DNA of 64,000 nt, taken from positions 46,099-110,098 of IMG/VR virus record IMGVR_UViG_3300029288_000100, one strand, 5' to 3'. Shown here piece after piece: positions 8,716-18,581 of the stretch (the stretch's first letter is position 1; the number at the start of each line of letters is the position of its first letter). This stretch comes from a virus (lineage: Duplodnaviria > Caudoviricetes). The translations under genes were made by a program, and so were the position numbers. The notes under the pieces were generated by a model. The model searched no databases and was not told the DNA's origin. It saw only the letters and a program-made list of their open reading frames with translations.

Positions 8716-11199
8716 CTAGCTCGGTGCACGGAGCTGCACGACGAGCGCGCTTGCGTCGAGGAACGGCAGCTCCTCCTCGGTCAGGTCGAGATCCACAGTC
8801 GGTGAGAGCACGTCGACGTCGAAGACGTTCCCCGGGGATAACCCGAACACCTCAGCAGCGATCCGGGAGAGTGCTACGCGCCCCCCGAAGCGCCACACCC
8901 ACGCAGTCCCCGTGCTCGTGCGCGCTGTGGGCGACAGGAACGTCGCGAGTGCCTGCCGAACCGCGGCCTCGGTGAGCGCGGAAGTGCACTCGATCGAGAC
9001 GGTGGGGGTCAGCACGCGGGGTGTGAAATTGACGACAGTCACCTCTACGTTGGTCGCGCCGACGCCCGCCTCCCCGGTGTCTGGGTCCCCGTTGAAGTAG
9101 CGCTCGAGCTCGTCCTTCAGCTCCGCGGAGATCCCGACGCCGCGCGTCCCGACCACAATCAGCTTGATCGTCTTCGGTCCGAAGCCCTCCTCCACCGCCT
9201 TCGCGCGAACCACGGGTCGCGTGCCCGCCGAGGAGCGCCACGCAATCGCGAGCGCTTCGTAGTCCTCCGGGGCGCAGGCCCTCCGCTGCGCCCGCAGGAG
9301 TGCGGGGGCGAGCTCCTTGGCGCGCGTGAGCGCCTGCTCACTGGCTCCGTCAGCCTCGCGCCACCCAGACGCTGCGCGCGGGTTGGTCACGGACTTCACG
9401 AGGGCGGGGCCGTCGGAGTTCACGACGACTGTTCCTGCGCCGACGTTTCCGTCTTGGTTCGCGTCGACCCGATACGTGAAGCGGAGGTTGTCGATCCCGA
9501 GCGGGGGGACCCTCCCCCGTGTTCCGTCGCCGAACCGTACCGTCAGGTTGCCCTCAGCGTCCTGCCGGACCTCGAAGACTCGGTCACGCGGGCCCGCGGC
9601 CGCGAGCAGCTCTCCGCTCTGGGTCAGGTTTTCCCACTCCACATCCCCTCCGCCCTCGTCCACGTAGACCCGCACGCTGTCGCGCAGCCCCGGGGCTGTG
9701 GCGAGAGGGAACTCCTGCGCCGGCAGCCCGGACGATGACGCTGGTGGTTCAGCAGTCACGCTCCGCCCCTGGGTCCCCTCGAGGAGCACGAACTGCCGTC
9801 CACCGTCGATCTTCAGGCGGTCGATCACTGGGCCCGTTGCCACTGGCAGGAGCGCCGTGACCCGGAAGCGGACGAACCACCCCTCCACGCCGCCGATCGC
9901 GACCTTGGACCAGTTGCGGCGGAGGTTCTGTGGCACGGGCTCCAGCGGGTCCCCGTCCGGTGTCAGCGTGTTGAAGGAGACGTCGCCGTCGACAGTGAGG
10001 TTGCTCGTTCCGTCGACCTGACCCGGGATCACGTTCCAGTCGCACCCGACCGCGTAGTCCTCCGGGCGGGTCGAGGGAGACCCGCTCTGCCCGAGGTAGG
10101 TCGCCGAGTCGACGACGTTCTTGCCGCCTGACCAGGTGCTCTCACGGAGCTCACAGGTGCCGGTCGGCAGGTGCGTGACCCTCACCAGCGCGCCCCGCAC
10201 GTCGACGGAACCGAGGAGCGTCGTCAGCTCGAACCGGAGCGAGCCGCCGCTGTCCGTCACCGCGTCAGGCGCTTCGTCAGAGCGCTCAGGGTCGAAGTAC
10301 TCCCAGACGCCGGTCACGCCGACTGCTGGGGTCTCGAGCTCCACGCGGAGCCTCTCGAACAGGATGTGCGCCGAGCCAACGTAGAGCTTGTCCCCCACGT
10401 GCGGCGCGCTCCATGGCGTCCAGCTCGGGGCGCCGTCTGCGTTCACCTCGGTCGCGCCGTTCGCGGTCCGCGCGCGGATGCGCCACGAGAGCCCGGCCTC
10501 CGCGACGAATAGCGGAGCTTCGCCCCCCATGACTCCGGTCAGGCGCACCCGGGATACCGGCCCGGCCTGGACGATTTCCGCAATCGAGAAGACGTCGGCG
10601 TTCCCGAGGTCCGAGTCGAGCAGGTCGAGGAGCTTGCCCACGTCCGCGGTCGCCGCCGCCATCGTCACGGACTGGAGCAGCGTCGGGTCATCCGCCAGTG
10701 TCGCGCCGTCAACCCCGCTCCGATCAAGCTCCTCGCCGAACGCCGCGTCCACGACGTTCGCTGGGCCCACGTACCTCTCGTCGAGGACCTCGAAGGGGAC
10801 CGCGTCAGACTCCTCCGTCCGGCGTGTCTCAAACAGCGTGGCCGCGGGGAGGAGCTGGACCGAGGTGGTCGGGACCTGTGCGAGCTCGAGCAGCAGGGAG
10901 ACCGTCGCGGGCGAGTAGTCAGCGAGGTCCAGGTCCACGTGTCGGAGGATGGCGCGCACTGACTCCGGTAGCTTCGCCGTCTCCCAGAGGTTCTCGCACG
11001 CGGCGAGGTCAGTTAGCGCGTTGCAGTAGTGCCCGACGAGCGCGAAGGTTCGTTCGAGCTGGATGAACGGCTCCTCGGCCTCCTCGGCGGTGATCTCCGG
11101 TGCCGCTGTTCGGTTGTAGCTCCGAATCCGGCGCAGCAGGTCCGCATAGTAGAAGCCTGAGAAGTCATATGAGGGGACCACGATCTTGCTGGCGCTCAT
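8716..11199 (-). CDS. Baseplate assembly protein J-like (long form)
   Basis: SSGLPAQEF, VRFGDGTRGRVPP, GNVGAG, VTNPRAASGW, RACAPEDYE motifs. Confidence 0.9.
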   Translation of the reverse strand: MSASKIVVPSYDFSGFYYADLLRRIRSYNRTAAPEITAEEAEEPFIQLERTFALVGHYCNALTDLAACENLWETAKLPESVRAILRHVDLDLADYSPATVSLLLELAQVPTTSVQLLPAATLFETRRTEESDAVPFEVLDERYVGPANVVDAAFGEELDRSGVDGATLADDPTLLQSVTMAAATADVGKLLDLLDSDLGNADVFSIAEIVQAGPVSRVRLTGVMGGEAPLFVAEAGLSWRIRARTANGATEVNADGAPSWTPWSAPHVGDKLYVGSAHILFERLRVELETPAVGVTGVWEYFDPERSDEAPDAVTDSGGSLRFELTTLLGSVDVRGALVRVTHLPTGTCELRESTWSGGKNVVDSATYLGQSGSPSTRPEDYAVGCDWNVIPGQVDGTSNLTVDGDVSFNTLTPDGDPLEPVPQNLRRNWSKVAIGGVEGWFVRFRVTALLPVATGPVIDRLKIDGGRQFVLLEGTQGRSVTAEPPASSSGLPAQEFPLATAPGLRDSVRVYVDEGGGDVEWENLTQSGELLAAAGPRDRVFEVRQDAEGNLTVRFGDGTRGRVPPLGIDNLRFTYRVDANQDGNVGAGTVVVNSDGPALVKSVTNPRAASGWREADGASEQALTRAKELAPALLRAQRRACAPEDYEALAIAWRSSAGTRPVVRAKAVEEGFGPKTIKLIVVGTRGVGISAELKDELERYFNGDPDTGEAGVGATNVEVTVVNFTPRVLTPTVSIECTSALTEAAVRQALATFLSPTARTSTGTAWVWRFGGRVALSRIAAEVFGLSPGNVFDVDVLSPTVDLDLTEEELPFLDASALVVQLRAPS

Positions 11200-11262
11200 C
11201 GTTCCCTGTCTCCGTTCGAGGACGTGTCGAGTCTATCCGCGACGACGAGTTGCGCCGCGCGC

Positions 11263-11655
11263 TCACACCCCCCGGGGTGTCCGCAGGTCGCTGCGGACCT
11301 CGTCAGCTTTGTCGGCGTCCAGGTCGACGTAGGCGACGCGCGCGACGAGCTCCTCCCGCGCGCCGGAGATACGCAGCCCGCCGTCGGGCGCCAGCTTGGC
11401 GATCCCGTGCTCGCGGATCCGGGCGAAGAACCGCGTCACGCTGCGCCGCCCGAGCGCCAGGGCCTGGACTTCGTCGGCGAACACGACGCGTTCGTCGATG
11501 CCCAGGTCCTTCCCGTCACCGGGCTGGAACGGGTTGCGCGAGGTGTTGGGCGTCAGCCCGACCTGGATCACCTGCCGGGTGTACTCACTGCCCTGGAGGA
11601 GCTTCGCCCCGCCCCTCCCCGTGACTGTCACCGGGATGTTCATGCCTCGCGCCAT
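11263..11655 (-). CDS. gp25/gpW-like baseplate wedge protein
   Basis: Position before J; RGMNIPV..GG, NPFQP..GI pattern. Confidence 0.7.
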   Translation of the reverse strand: MARGMNIPVTVTGRGGAKLLQGSEYTRQVIQVGLTPNTSRNPFQPGDGKDLGIDERVVFADEVQALALGRRSVTRFFARIREHGIAKLAPDGGLRISGAREELVARVAYVDLDADKADEVRSDLRTPRGV

Positions 11656-11664
11656 GCGTTCACC

Positions 11665-12348
11665 TCACTCCGTATTGACCTTCGTGGATAGCCAGGTGTC
11701 TTTCGCCGCCAGGAGCGCGTTGACCGCCGCGAGGTACGTCCCTGCCGCCGTCTCCTGCGTCTGCCACGCCTCCTTCAGGAGCTTGAACGCCGGGGCGAGC
11801 GGGGCGAGGACCCCGGTGGCGGCCAGCTCGAGCGCCCCGAACTGGAGCTTGTTCGCGGTGCTGTTCATGAGGATCGCCTGCACCCAGATCGCCTCCGCCT
11901 GGAGGTACTTCACGAGCTCCGCGTTGAACGTGTCTCCGCGGAGGACCGGGTGCGAGGCGTCCTCCTCTCCGAGCCGGACCTTCCCGGAGATCAGGGCGAG
12001 GAGCTGGAGCGTCCGGTCCAGCAGGAGGACGTTCTCCCCGAGCTTCAGGGCCCCCCGGTGGGCGGGGTTGGAGGCGCACTCAGACGGAATGGGGTTCTTC
12101 GCGTTGAAGAGGAAGCCCAGGACCCGCGCCGCGACCTCCTCAACCGCGCGCTCCTCGACCTCGAGTGCGCAGGTCGCGCCAGAGGGGGAGGGAAAGTACA
12201 ACCCATCCCCTCCGCCGGCGAACGGGGTGAGGACCTGCACCTGCTCGGGCAGGTCCGCCTCAAGCAGGGTGTCCGCCCGTACGGAGCGCTCACCCACCTT
12301 GCCCGCCTCACTCGAGGTCAGCCTCCCGATGTGGACCTCCCGCCTCAC
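11665..12348 (-). CDS. Baseplate spike (gpV-like)
   Basis: PFAGGGDGLYFPSPSG OB-fold motif and HPVLRGD; follows gpD. Confidence 0.75.
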   Translation of the reverse strand: MRREVHIGRLTSSEAGKVGERSVRADTLLEADLPEQVQVLTPFAGGGDGLYFPSPSGATCALEVEERAVEEVAARVLGFLFNAKNPIPSECASNPAHRGALKLGENVLLLDRTLQLLALISGKVRLGEEDASHPVLRGDTFNAELVKYLQAEAIWVQAILMNSTANKLQFGALELAATGVLAPLAPAFKLLKEAWQTQETAAGTYLAAVNALLAAKDTWLSTKVNTE

Positions 12349-13538
12349 GCCTCTGCCTCCTCAAGGGTGGTCCCGGTCAGGTTCACCAGGGACCCGACGA
12401 CCGACCCGAGGACCACCTTTCGCACCTTGAAGCGTAGGGCGTAGCCGCGGGTGACGTCATGCTCCACCTCGGTGAACTGCCAGTTGCCAGACAGCCGGGG
12501 TCCGATCCCGGCGATCTCATGCACGTGCCCCTGTCGAACGTCCGGGGTGCCGAGGGCCTCGCCATCGCCCCAGGCGAACTCACGTTCGTGCTGCGCGAAC
12601 CAGGCCGCGGCGAAGCGCTTGGCGGCCCCCGGCGAGGCGAACGGCCGCGGCGCCATCACGACCTCGCGCTGCCCGAAGACCGTGAGCGCAACGGTCGGAC
12701 CGTTCTTGACGGGTTCGCGCAGCTTGTCCCGCCCGACGGCCGCCGCGAACCGCGTCTTCTCCGCGGTCTTCTTGTGGACCTCGGTGGAGACACGGTAGGT
12801 CTTCCCGGTCTTCGGGTCAGTGTAGGCGAGCTCCACCTTGGTCGCCTGTGAGGGGAAGTCGAAGCGCGGGGAGAAAGAGAACAGCGTGGCGTCCGGTCCC
12901 CCGTAGGTGAAGCATCGCTTCGTGGGCTGGTCCTCGACGTCTGGTGGACCGAAGTATCCGAGCGGGGCGCCCAGCTCCAGGTTGTGGCGCACCGACACCA
13001 CCCAGCCGTGCAGCTGCGCGAGCTGCTTGAGGAAGTCCCACCGCGTCTGGCCCCGCTTCTTCACGCGGGTGACGACGTCCTTGGTGTGGACGATGAAGGG
13101 CATGATGCCCTCCTCGCGGAAGAGCTTCGCGGCGATCTCCGAGTCGCGGAGCTGCCGGAATACCCGGCCGCGGTCACGCTTCTTGACGTCGGGGTCCATG
13201 AGGATGCGAGCTGCCCCGAACGCCTCTACAGTCATCGTCGGCATGCCCGACCGCGGGAAGTTGGGGTTCGGCGCGACAATGGTCCCGCGGTCCATGAAGG
13301 TGAGCGGCCTCCCGGCGTAGCCCAGCCAGAGGTCTACCTTGTTGCCCTCGGCGAATACCCGTTCGTCGAGGAAGCGAAAGCGCTCGTTCAGAACCGTGAG
13401 GATGATGCGGCTGGGGTCATCCTCGGCCTCACGGAAGCGGACGCCGCCGATGAACTTGGTCACGTCCCCACGGAGCTTGGTCCCTTCGACGGACACGAGG
13501 TAGCGCGGGGCGAGGAACTGGCCGAGCTCGGCGCTCAC
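12345..13538 (-). CDS. Late control gene D / baseplate hub
   Basis: EGNKVDLWLGY, DSEIAAKL, TRWDFLKQLA, GIGPRLSGNWQFTEVEH. Confidence 0.9.
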   Translation of the reverse strand: MSAELGQFLAPRYLVSVEGTKLRGDVTKFIGGVRFREAEDDPSRIILTVLNERFRFLDERVFAEGNKVDLWLGYAGRPLTFMDRGTIVAPNPNFPRSGMPTMTVEAFGAARILMDPDVKKRDRGRVFRQLRDSEIAAKLFREEGIMPFIVHTKDVVTRVKKRGQTRWDFLKQLAQLHGWVVSVRHNLELGAPLGYFGPPDVEDQPTKRCFTYGGPDATLFSFSPRFDFPSQATKVELAYTDPKTGKTYRVSTEVHKKTAEKTRFAAAVGRDKLREPVKNGPTVALTVFGQREVVMAPRPFASPGAAKRFAAAWFAQHEREFAWGDGEALGTPDVRQGHVHEIAGIGPRLSGNWQFTEVEHDVTRGYALRFKVRKVVLGSVVGSLVNLTGTTLEEAEA

Positions 13539-14338
13539 ATGCCCTCCTCGCCGGGCAACTCGACAGAGAAGCGGTCCCCACCGCGCTCCTCGATGATCTC
13601 GCGCCGCCGCTGCTCGGCCGCTTCGTACCCCGGTCCGGTCCGAAAGGCGTGGAACCTCGGCTGCATCGGCTGCCGGCGAAGGAAGTCCTCCGGGATCACG
13701 TGCACGCCGTCCCCCCTGCGCAGGTCGGCGAGCGGCATCGACGGGTCGCCGCGTGGGTTGAGCTGCCGGAGCAGGACCCCAAGCTGTGCGTCCCCGTACT
13801 CATCGAGGGCGATCGACTCGTAGGTGTCGCCACGCTTCGCCCGGCGGACCCGGGTGTGGTGCTCGGGAACACTTGGGTCAGTGGCCTCCCAGCTCACCTC
13901 CTCATAGCGGATCAGCGTGATCGTGAGCGAGACCCCGCGCAGCGACCCGTCCGGCCGGATCTCGTCGTAGCTCACGCCCCCAATGCTTTTCACCAGGCAG
14001 TCCATGGTGAGCGTCGCGGAGGCGCCCCAGGCGAAGGCGCAGACCGGCGGGCGCTCGAGCTCCGTGCTGCAACGCACCAGGTTCTCGAGGGCGACGAGGC
14101 GGTCCTCGACCGAGAAGTCCTCGGCGTCCTGCGCCCACAGGCGCACGCGGAAGGAGACTTCCTCGGCCTCCCCGCGGAGCCACTGGACCACCGGGTGGTC
14201 GCGCCCGACGCTCCCCTCGACGGCGAGCTCCGCGGATACCCCGCGGGACACGTCCTCGGGGGCGAACTGCCCGACCACGTCCACCTTGTGGTCGAGGTCC
14301 ATGAGGATCCAGAGCAGCGGGTTCGTGTTGACCGCCAT
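13535..14338 (-). CDS. Tube initiator with LysM domain (gpU/X-like)
   Basis: RPPVCAFAWG, PDGS.R; C-terminal GDTYESIALDEYGD LysM motif. Confidence 0.85.
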   Translation of the reverse strand: MAVNTNPLLWILMDLDHKVDVVGQFAPEDVSRGVSAELAVEGSVGRDHPVVQWLRGEAEEVSFRVRLWAQDAEDFSVEDRLVALENLVRCSTELERPPVCAFAWGASATLTMDCLVKSIGGVSYDEIRPDGSLRGVSLTITLIRYEEVSWEATDPSVPEHHTRVRRAKRGDTYESIALDEYGDAQLGVLLRQLNPRGDPSMPLADLRRGDGVHVIPEDFLRRQPMQPRFHAFRTGPGYEAAEQRRREIIEERGGDRFSVELPGEEGM

Positions 14339-14339
14339 C

Positions 14340-16997
14340 TCAGTCCACCCCCGGGAGGAAGCCGCGACGCAGGCGCGTGCGCTGTTGCGGTGAGAGGTTC
14401 GCCCCGTTTCGCGTCATCTCGTCGAGCTGGTGCTGCCCGACGACCTCCGCGATCACCCGCCCGTCGAGGTGGATTTGGTTCACCAGCGTGATGGCTTGGC
14501 TCGAGCCGCTACCCCCACCGCCGCGCGGGGTCGCGCTCGAGATCACATCCGGAACGAACCCACCTCGGGTTTGCGTCGTCAGGGCGTGTGCGAGCTCTTT
14601 GCGGGAGAGCACTACATCGCCGGCGCTCACCCCGAGGTAGCCGCTGGTCAGCACCATGGCGTCGCGCGCGACGCGCGGTGCCCGCTCCGAGACGCTCCCG
14701 CCCGTCTTGGACGCCGCGTGAGCGGCAACTTTCTGCATCATCGCGAAGAAGAGGTCCTTCGTGGCTATTTCGGCGGTGTGCATGGGGTTGAGCTTCGCCG
14801 AGTCACTCGTGAGCGCGCCGAGGTCTTTGGTTGGGCCGGTGAGCCGCGACATGTTGTATGCCTTCGTGGCCTCACCTGGCGTCAGCCCGAGCGATCCGAC
14901 GAACGCCTTGATCCGGGTGTTCGCTTCCTCCTGCGTCTTGGAGACCTTGGCGAACTCGGGCCCCACGTCCGCGAGCACCGCACGGAGCTTCTCAGAGGCG
15001 ACGTAGGACTCCGACCGCCCCGTGAAGCCCCCGCCCTTCTCCGCTGCGCTGACCGCGCCGAGATGGGTGGACACAGGCGCGGCGAAGCCCTTGCCACCTA
15101 GCGTCTGCTCGAGCGTGGTGCTGACGTCACCGCTCTTGAAGTAGCGGACCAGCTCGACGAGCTCACGCATCTTCTCGACCAGGAACCCGATGACCTTGAG
15201 CAGATCACCCAGCGCCCCCCCGACTGTCTTCCCGAACTCCTTCCACGCCTCGCTCGTGCTCTGGACGTTGAACATCTCCTTGAAGAGGAGCCCGAGCTCG
15301 TTCTTAAGCCCCATGAGGCTCATCTTCAGTGCCTGCCAGGCGCCTGACTCTTGGATGCCTTGCCAGACTCCCGCGAAGACGCTGCGGAAGTCGACGAACA
15401 GCGAGGTGAGGAGCAGCACCGCGCCGATCGGCCCCCCGAGGAGGAATGGCAGGCGGAGGAGGGCTACGCCCAGCCCGAGGATCGTTTTCCCGAGTCCGAG
15501 GAAGACACCCACCCCGCTCTTCGCGAGCGTGACGAAGAGTCCGAACCCGGCGACGAGCGGCCCCGTCACCGCCACCAGCGCGGCCGCCGCGATACCGACC
15601 TTGGCTAGGGTGCGCTGCGTGCTGGGCGGTAGGGCGCGGAACCACTCAGCCAGGCGTCCGAACCCGCGTCCCACGGCCTCGATGATCTCGCGGATCCCAT
15701 CGAATGCGGACTTGAGCCCGCGGGCCACGTTCAGCATCGCCGGTGACAGCGTCTTCACCTGCGCCTGGAGTTCCTTGGGCATCTTGGAGATGTCGGCACC
15801 CTTGACCACCATGAGCGCGAGCGCGAGGTCCCCCATGACGCCGCTCAGCCCCTTCACGCCCCCGCGTAGCGCTGGCGCCGCCAGCTCGAACAGCTCAATG
15901 TTGACTCCCTCGAGCGCGGACCTGAGGATCTCTGCCTGCCCCTTGAGGCTGTTGAGCTGTAGGTCTGCCATCACCTTCGCGACGTTCGCGGTTGACCCGG
16001 CGAGCTCCTTCTGGGTGTTGCGGAACTCCTTCATCTCCTCGTCGGTCAGGTTGAAGGCCTGCCCGAGGGCGGTTGCCCGCACGCCGAAGATCTTGGCAGC
16101 TGTCTCAACCCGCTTGATCGGGTCCGGGATCTTGCGGATACGGTCCGCCATGAGGAGCATCGCCTCATTCAGCGGGCGGACCTTCCCAGTGCTGTCCTTG
16201 AGCACCTGGTTGATCCCCTCACGGCCCCCGAAGACTGAGAGCACCTCCTTGGTCGGCTTCGCGAGGCGCGTGAGCCCCGCGCGGAGCGCTGTTCCCGCGA
16301 GAGAACCCTTGATGCCGATGTTCGAGAGCACGCCCAGGGCGAGCGCTGTCTCCTTGAGGCTGTAGGTGAACTGCGCGGCTGCGGGCCCGCCGTACTTGAG
16401 CCCCTCCTGCAGGTCCTTCATGGAGGTCGCAGTGCGCGCCGAGACCAGCGCCAAGGTGCCGGCGACCTCGCCCGCCTCCTTCGCCGGGATCTTGAACATG
16501 CGCACGTTGGCCGCGACAATCTCCGCCGCGTCGGCGAGCTTGATCCCCTCCGCCGCGGCTGCCGCCAGCACACCGGGTGTGGCCGCCATCACGTCCTTGG
16601 TGGAGAAGCCGGCGCGGGCCAGCTCCTCCATCGCGTTTGCGGCCTGGGTCGCGGAGAACACCGTGGTGGCGCCGAGGACCTTCGCGAGCGTCCGCATCTC
16701 GGCGGTGGTCTTCCCGGTGACGTCAAGCGAGACGGCTCTCACCCGCTGGAACGCCGCCTCAAAGTTGGCCCCGTCTTTCACCATCAGGGTGAACGCGGCC
16801 GCGACCGGGATGGAGGCCAGGGCGATCCGCTGCAGGTGGCCGCTCATCTGGCGGACGGTCTTTCCGAGACCGGCAAAGCGCGCGCGGAGATCAGCGGCCC
16901 GGGCTCCAACTCGCGTCATCGCAGGTGATGCCTTGTCGACGAACGACAGGATCGCCGCGAGGCCGAACTTGCGCAGCGCGGAACCCGAGCCCGCCAC
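14340..16997 (-). CDS. Tail tape measure protein (TP901 family)
   Basis: LGATTVFSATQAANAMEELARAGF, GIKGSLAGTALR motifs; central hydrophobic segment. Confidence 0.95.
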   Translation of the reverse strand: MAGSGSALRKFGLAAILSFVDKASPAMTRVGARAADLRARFAGLGKTVRQMSGHLQRIALASIPVAAAFTLMVKDGANFEAAFQRVRAVSLDVTGKTTAEMRTLAKVLGATTVFSATQAANAMEELARAGFSTKDVMAATPGVLAAAAAEGIKLADAAEIVAANVRMFKIPAKEAGEVAGTLALVSARTATSMKDLQEGLKYGGPAAAQFTYSLKETALALGVLSNIGIKGSLAGTALRAGLTRLAKPTKEVLSVFGGREGINQVLKDSTGKVRPLNEAMLLMADRIRKIPDPIKRVETAAKIFGVRATALGQAFNLTDEEMKEFRNTQKELAGSTANVAKVMADLQLNSLKGQAEILRSALEGVNIELFELAAPALRGGVKGLSGVMGDLALALMVVKGADISKMPKELQAQVKTLSPAMLNVARGLKSAFDGIREIIEAVGRGFGRLAEWFRALPPSTQRTLAKVGIAAAALVAVTGPLVAGFGLFVTLAKSGVGVFLGLGKTILGLGVALLRLPFLLGGPIGAVLLLTSLFVDFRSVFAGVWQGIQESGAWQALKMSLMGLKNELGLLFKEMFNVQSTSEAWKEFGKTVGGALGDLLKVIGFLVEKMRELVELVRYFKSGDVSTTLEQTLGGKGFAAPVSTHLGAVSAAEKGGGFTGRSESYVASEKLRAVLADVGPEFAKVSKTQEEANTRIKAFVGSLGLTPGEATKAYNMSRLTGPTKDLGALTSDSAKLNPMHTAEIATKDLFFAMMQKVAAHAASKTGGSVSERAPRVARDAMVLTSGYLGVSAGDVVLSRKELAHALTTQTRGGFVPDVISSATPRGGGGSGSSQAITLVNQIHLDGRVIAEVVGQHQLDEMTRNGANLSPQQRTRLRRGFLPGVD

Positions 16998-17000
16998 GTT

Positions 17001-17195
17001 CTACCTCCGCCTCGGCTTCACGCGCGCGCGGTCCTTCGCCATCTTCACGAGCCGCTGGAGGGTCCACTCCCGCTTGAGCGGCGTCATCATGCGCACGTCA
17101 GCGCCGCGGTATGCGCCCTCGCTCCCTACGAGGATCGCGAACTCCTCCTCCCAGAGCTGCGCGGCCGCGGTCACGGGGAGGAAGGTCCGAAAAAA
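17001..17195 (-). CDS. -1 frameshift extension (GT form) of the tail assembly chaperone
   Basis: Open -1 frame after slippery T TTT TTC (plus strand 17189-17195), ending 3 nt before the tape measure start. Confidence 0.7.
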   Translation of the reverse strand, partial: FFRTFLPVTAAAQLWEEEFAILVGSEGAYRGADVRMMTPLKREWTLQRLVKMAKDRARVKPRRR

Positions 17196-18076
17196 GCCGA
17201 GTAGCTCCAGTCCAGGGGTCGCGTGAACCGGTGGCCGCGCGGGCAGGCGACCTCGAGCTCCATCACTGCCCCCCCGTTGCACTGGTCGATCTCGGCGATG
17301 AGTTGGTTGACCTCGCGCGGGGCCATCGTACGCAGGTGCTCGGAGGTCAGGTAGACCGGCCCCTCCGGCGCGCCCTCGATCGCGACCACCCCGTGCTGCA
17401 GCGTTGCGAGCTTGAACTTGGCCGGGTTCGCGAGCAGGGCCGGGTCACCCGACTCCATGAGCGCCCAACGGAGCGGCCCGACCGTGACGACCTTGCGCCG
17501 CTCCTTCGCGTACTCGACGCCCTCCTCGAGCGTCACCCGGCGCTCCTCGGGTTTCTCGAACGCTTTCACTCGGAGCGTCCGCAGGTCCCCCGCAAACCCC
17601 TTCACCGTCGCGCGGCAGTCCGGGTGACCGCACTTGAGCTCGCCGAGCCGCAGCGCGTGCCCGAGGGCGCCGATACGGATCCAGATGTAGAGGTACAGCA
17701 CGTCGGAGAAGAACATGCTGTGCACCAGGAGCCGGCGTTCGCTCCGCTTCATCTTGGTGAGGTCGAGAGAGCCCAGGCTCTTCACCCCGGCGCAGACGAC
17801 CTCCGAGATGTAGACGCCCATCGGCATCTCGGGGTTGCTCTCCGCGAGGTGCCCGAGGCTCTCCTCCAGCTCCCAGTCCCACCGCGCGAGCTCGAACTCG
17901 CGGTGGACGATCCCCTTCTGGTCCCGGAACCCGAGGGGTAGGACGCGCCCGACCTGCGCGAGCGTCGGCAGGTCATCCTCGGGGATCTCCCCGTCGAGCT
18001 CGGCGAACTGCTCCGGGATGGGCCCGAGCGACGGGTGGACCAGGTTCTCTCTCTGCTTGTGAACTTGCTCTTGCAT
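17171..18076 (-). CDS. Tail assembly chaperone / baseplate hub assembly protein with Cys/His motifs
   Basis: Between tube and tape measure; CGHPDC and CPRGH motifs; ends SAFFGPSSP. Confidence 0.8.
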   Translation of the reverse strand: MQEQVHKQRENLVHPSLGPIPEQFAELDGEIPEDDLPTLAQVGRVLPLGFRDQKGIVHREFELARWDWELEESLGHLAESNPEMPMGVYISEVVCAGVKSLGSLDLTKMKRSERRLLVHSMFFSDVLYLYIWIRIGALGHALRLGELKCGHPDCRATVKGFAGDLRTLRVKAFEKPEERRVTLEEGVEYAKERRKVVTVGPLRWALMESGDPALLANPAKFKLATLQHGVVAIEGAPEGPVYLTSEHLRTMAPREVNQLIAEIDQCNGGAVMELEVACPRGHRFTRPLDWSYSAFFGPSSP

Positions 18077-18138
18077 CTCCGGTCCTCCAAGTGGGCTGGC
18101 GAAGTCGCCGGCCGTTGTGAGGCGGAAGATGGGGGTCC

Positions 18139-18570
18139 TCACAGGACGAGGATACGGTCGCCCTTGAACCCCCACTCCGTGACGTCCATCTCCCCGTCGT
18201 TCTCCCACTCGAGGTCGGCGCTCTTCGGCTTGAAGGGGAACGTCCCCATCAGCGTGTACGTGCGCGTCTGCAGCCCCGAGAGCGAGTGCTTGACCAGGGT
18301 GACGGGCTTCTTGTAGGTGGGCACCCCGAGCTGGGCCTCCGTGAACCACGCTTCGAGGAACGCGTCCTCGACCGTGTGGTGCTTGGGGTGCTTCGCGGTG
18401 AACTCGAACGGCTTCATCTTCCCGCCGCTCGCCACCGTGCCGTCCGGCAGGTCGACGGTGGTCAGCTCGCGCTCGAGCCCGTCCACCGCGACGAGCGAGA
18501 GGGCCACCCCGGCCACGAGGAACTCGTAGTTGTTGACCGGGATGTGGTCGGGCAGCAGAACCTGGATCAT
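18139..18570 (-). CDS. Tail tube protein
   Basis: 143 aa T4 gp19-like pattern (FLEAWF, YKKPVTL, TYTLMGTFP) downstream of the sheath. Confidence 0.85.
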   Translation of the reverse strand: MIQVLLPDHIPVNNYEFLVAGVALSLVAVDGLERELTTVDLPDGTVASGGKMKPFEFTAKHPKHHTVEDAFLEAWFTEAQLGVPTYKKPVTLVKHSLSGLQTRTYTLMGTFPFKPKSADLEWENDGEMDVTEWGFKGDRILVL

Positions 18571-18581
18571 CGGAACACCTC

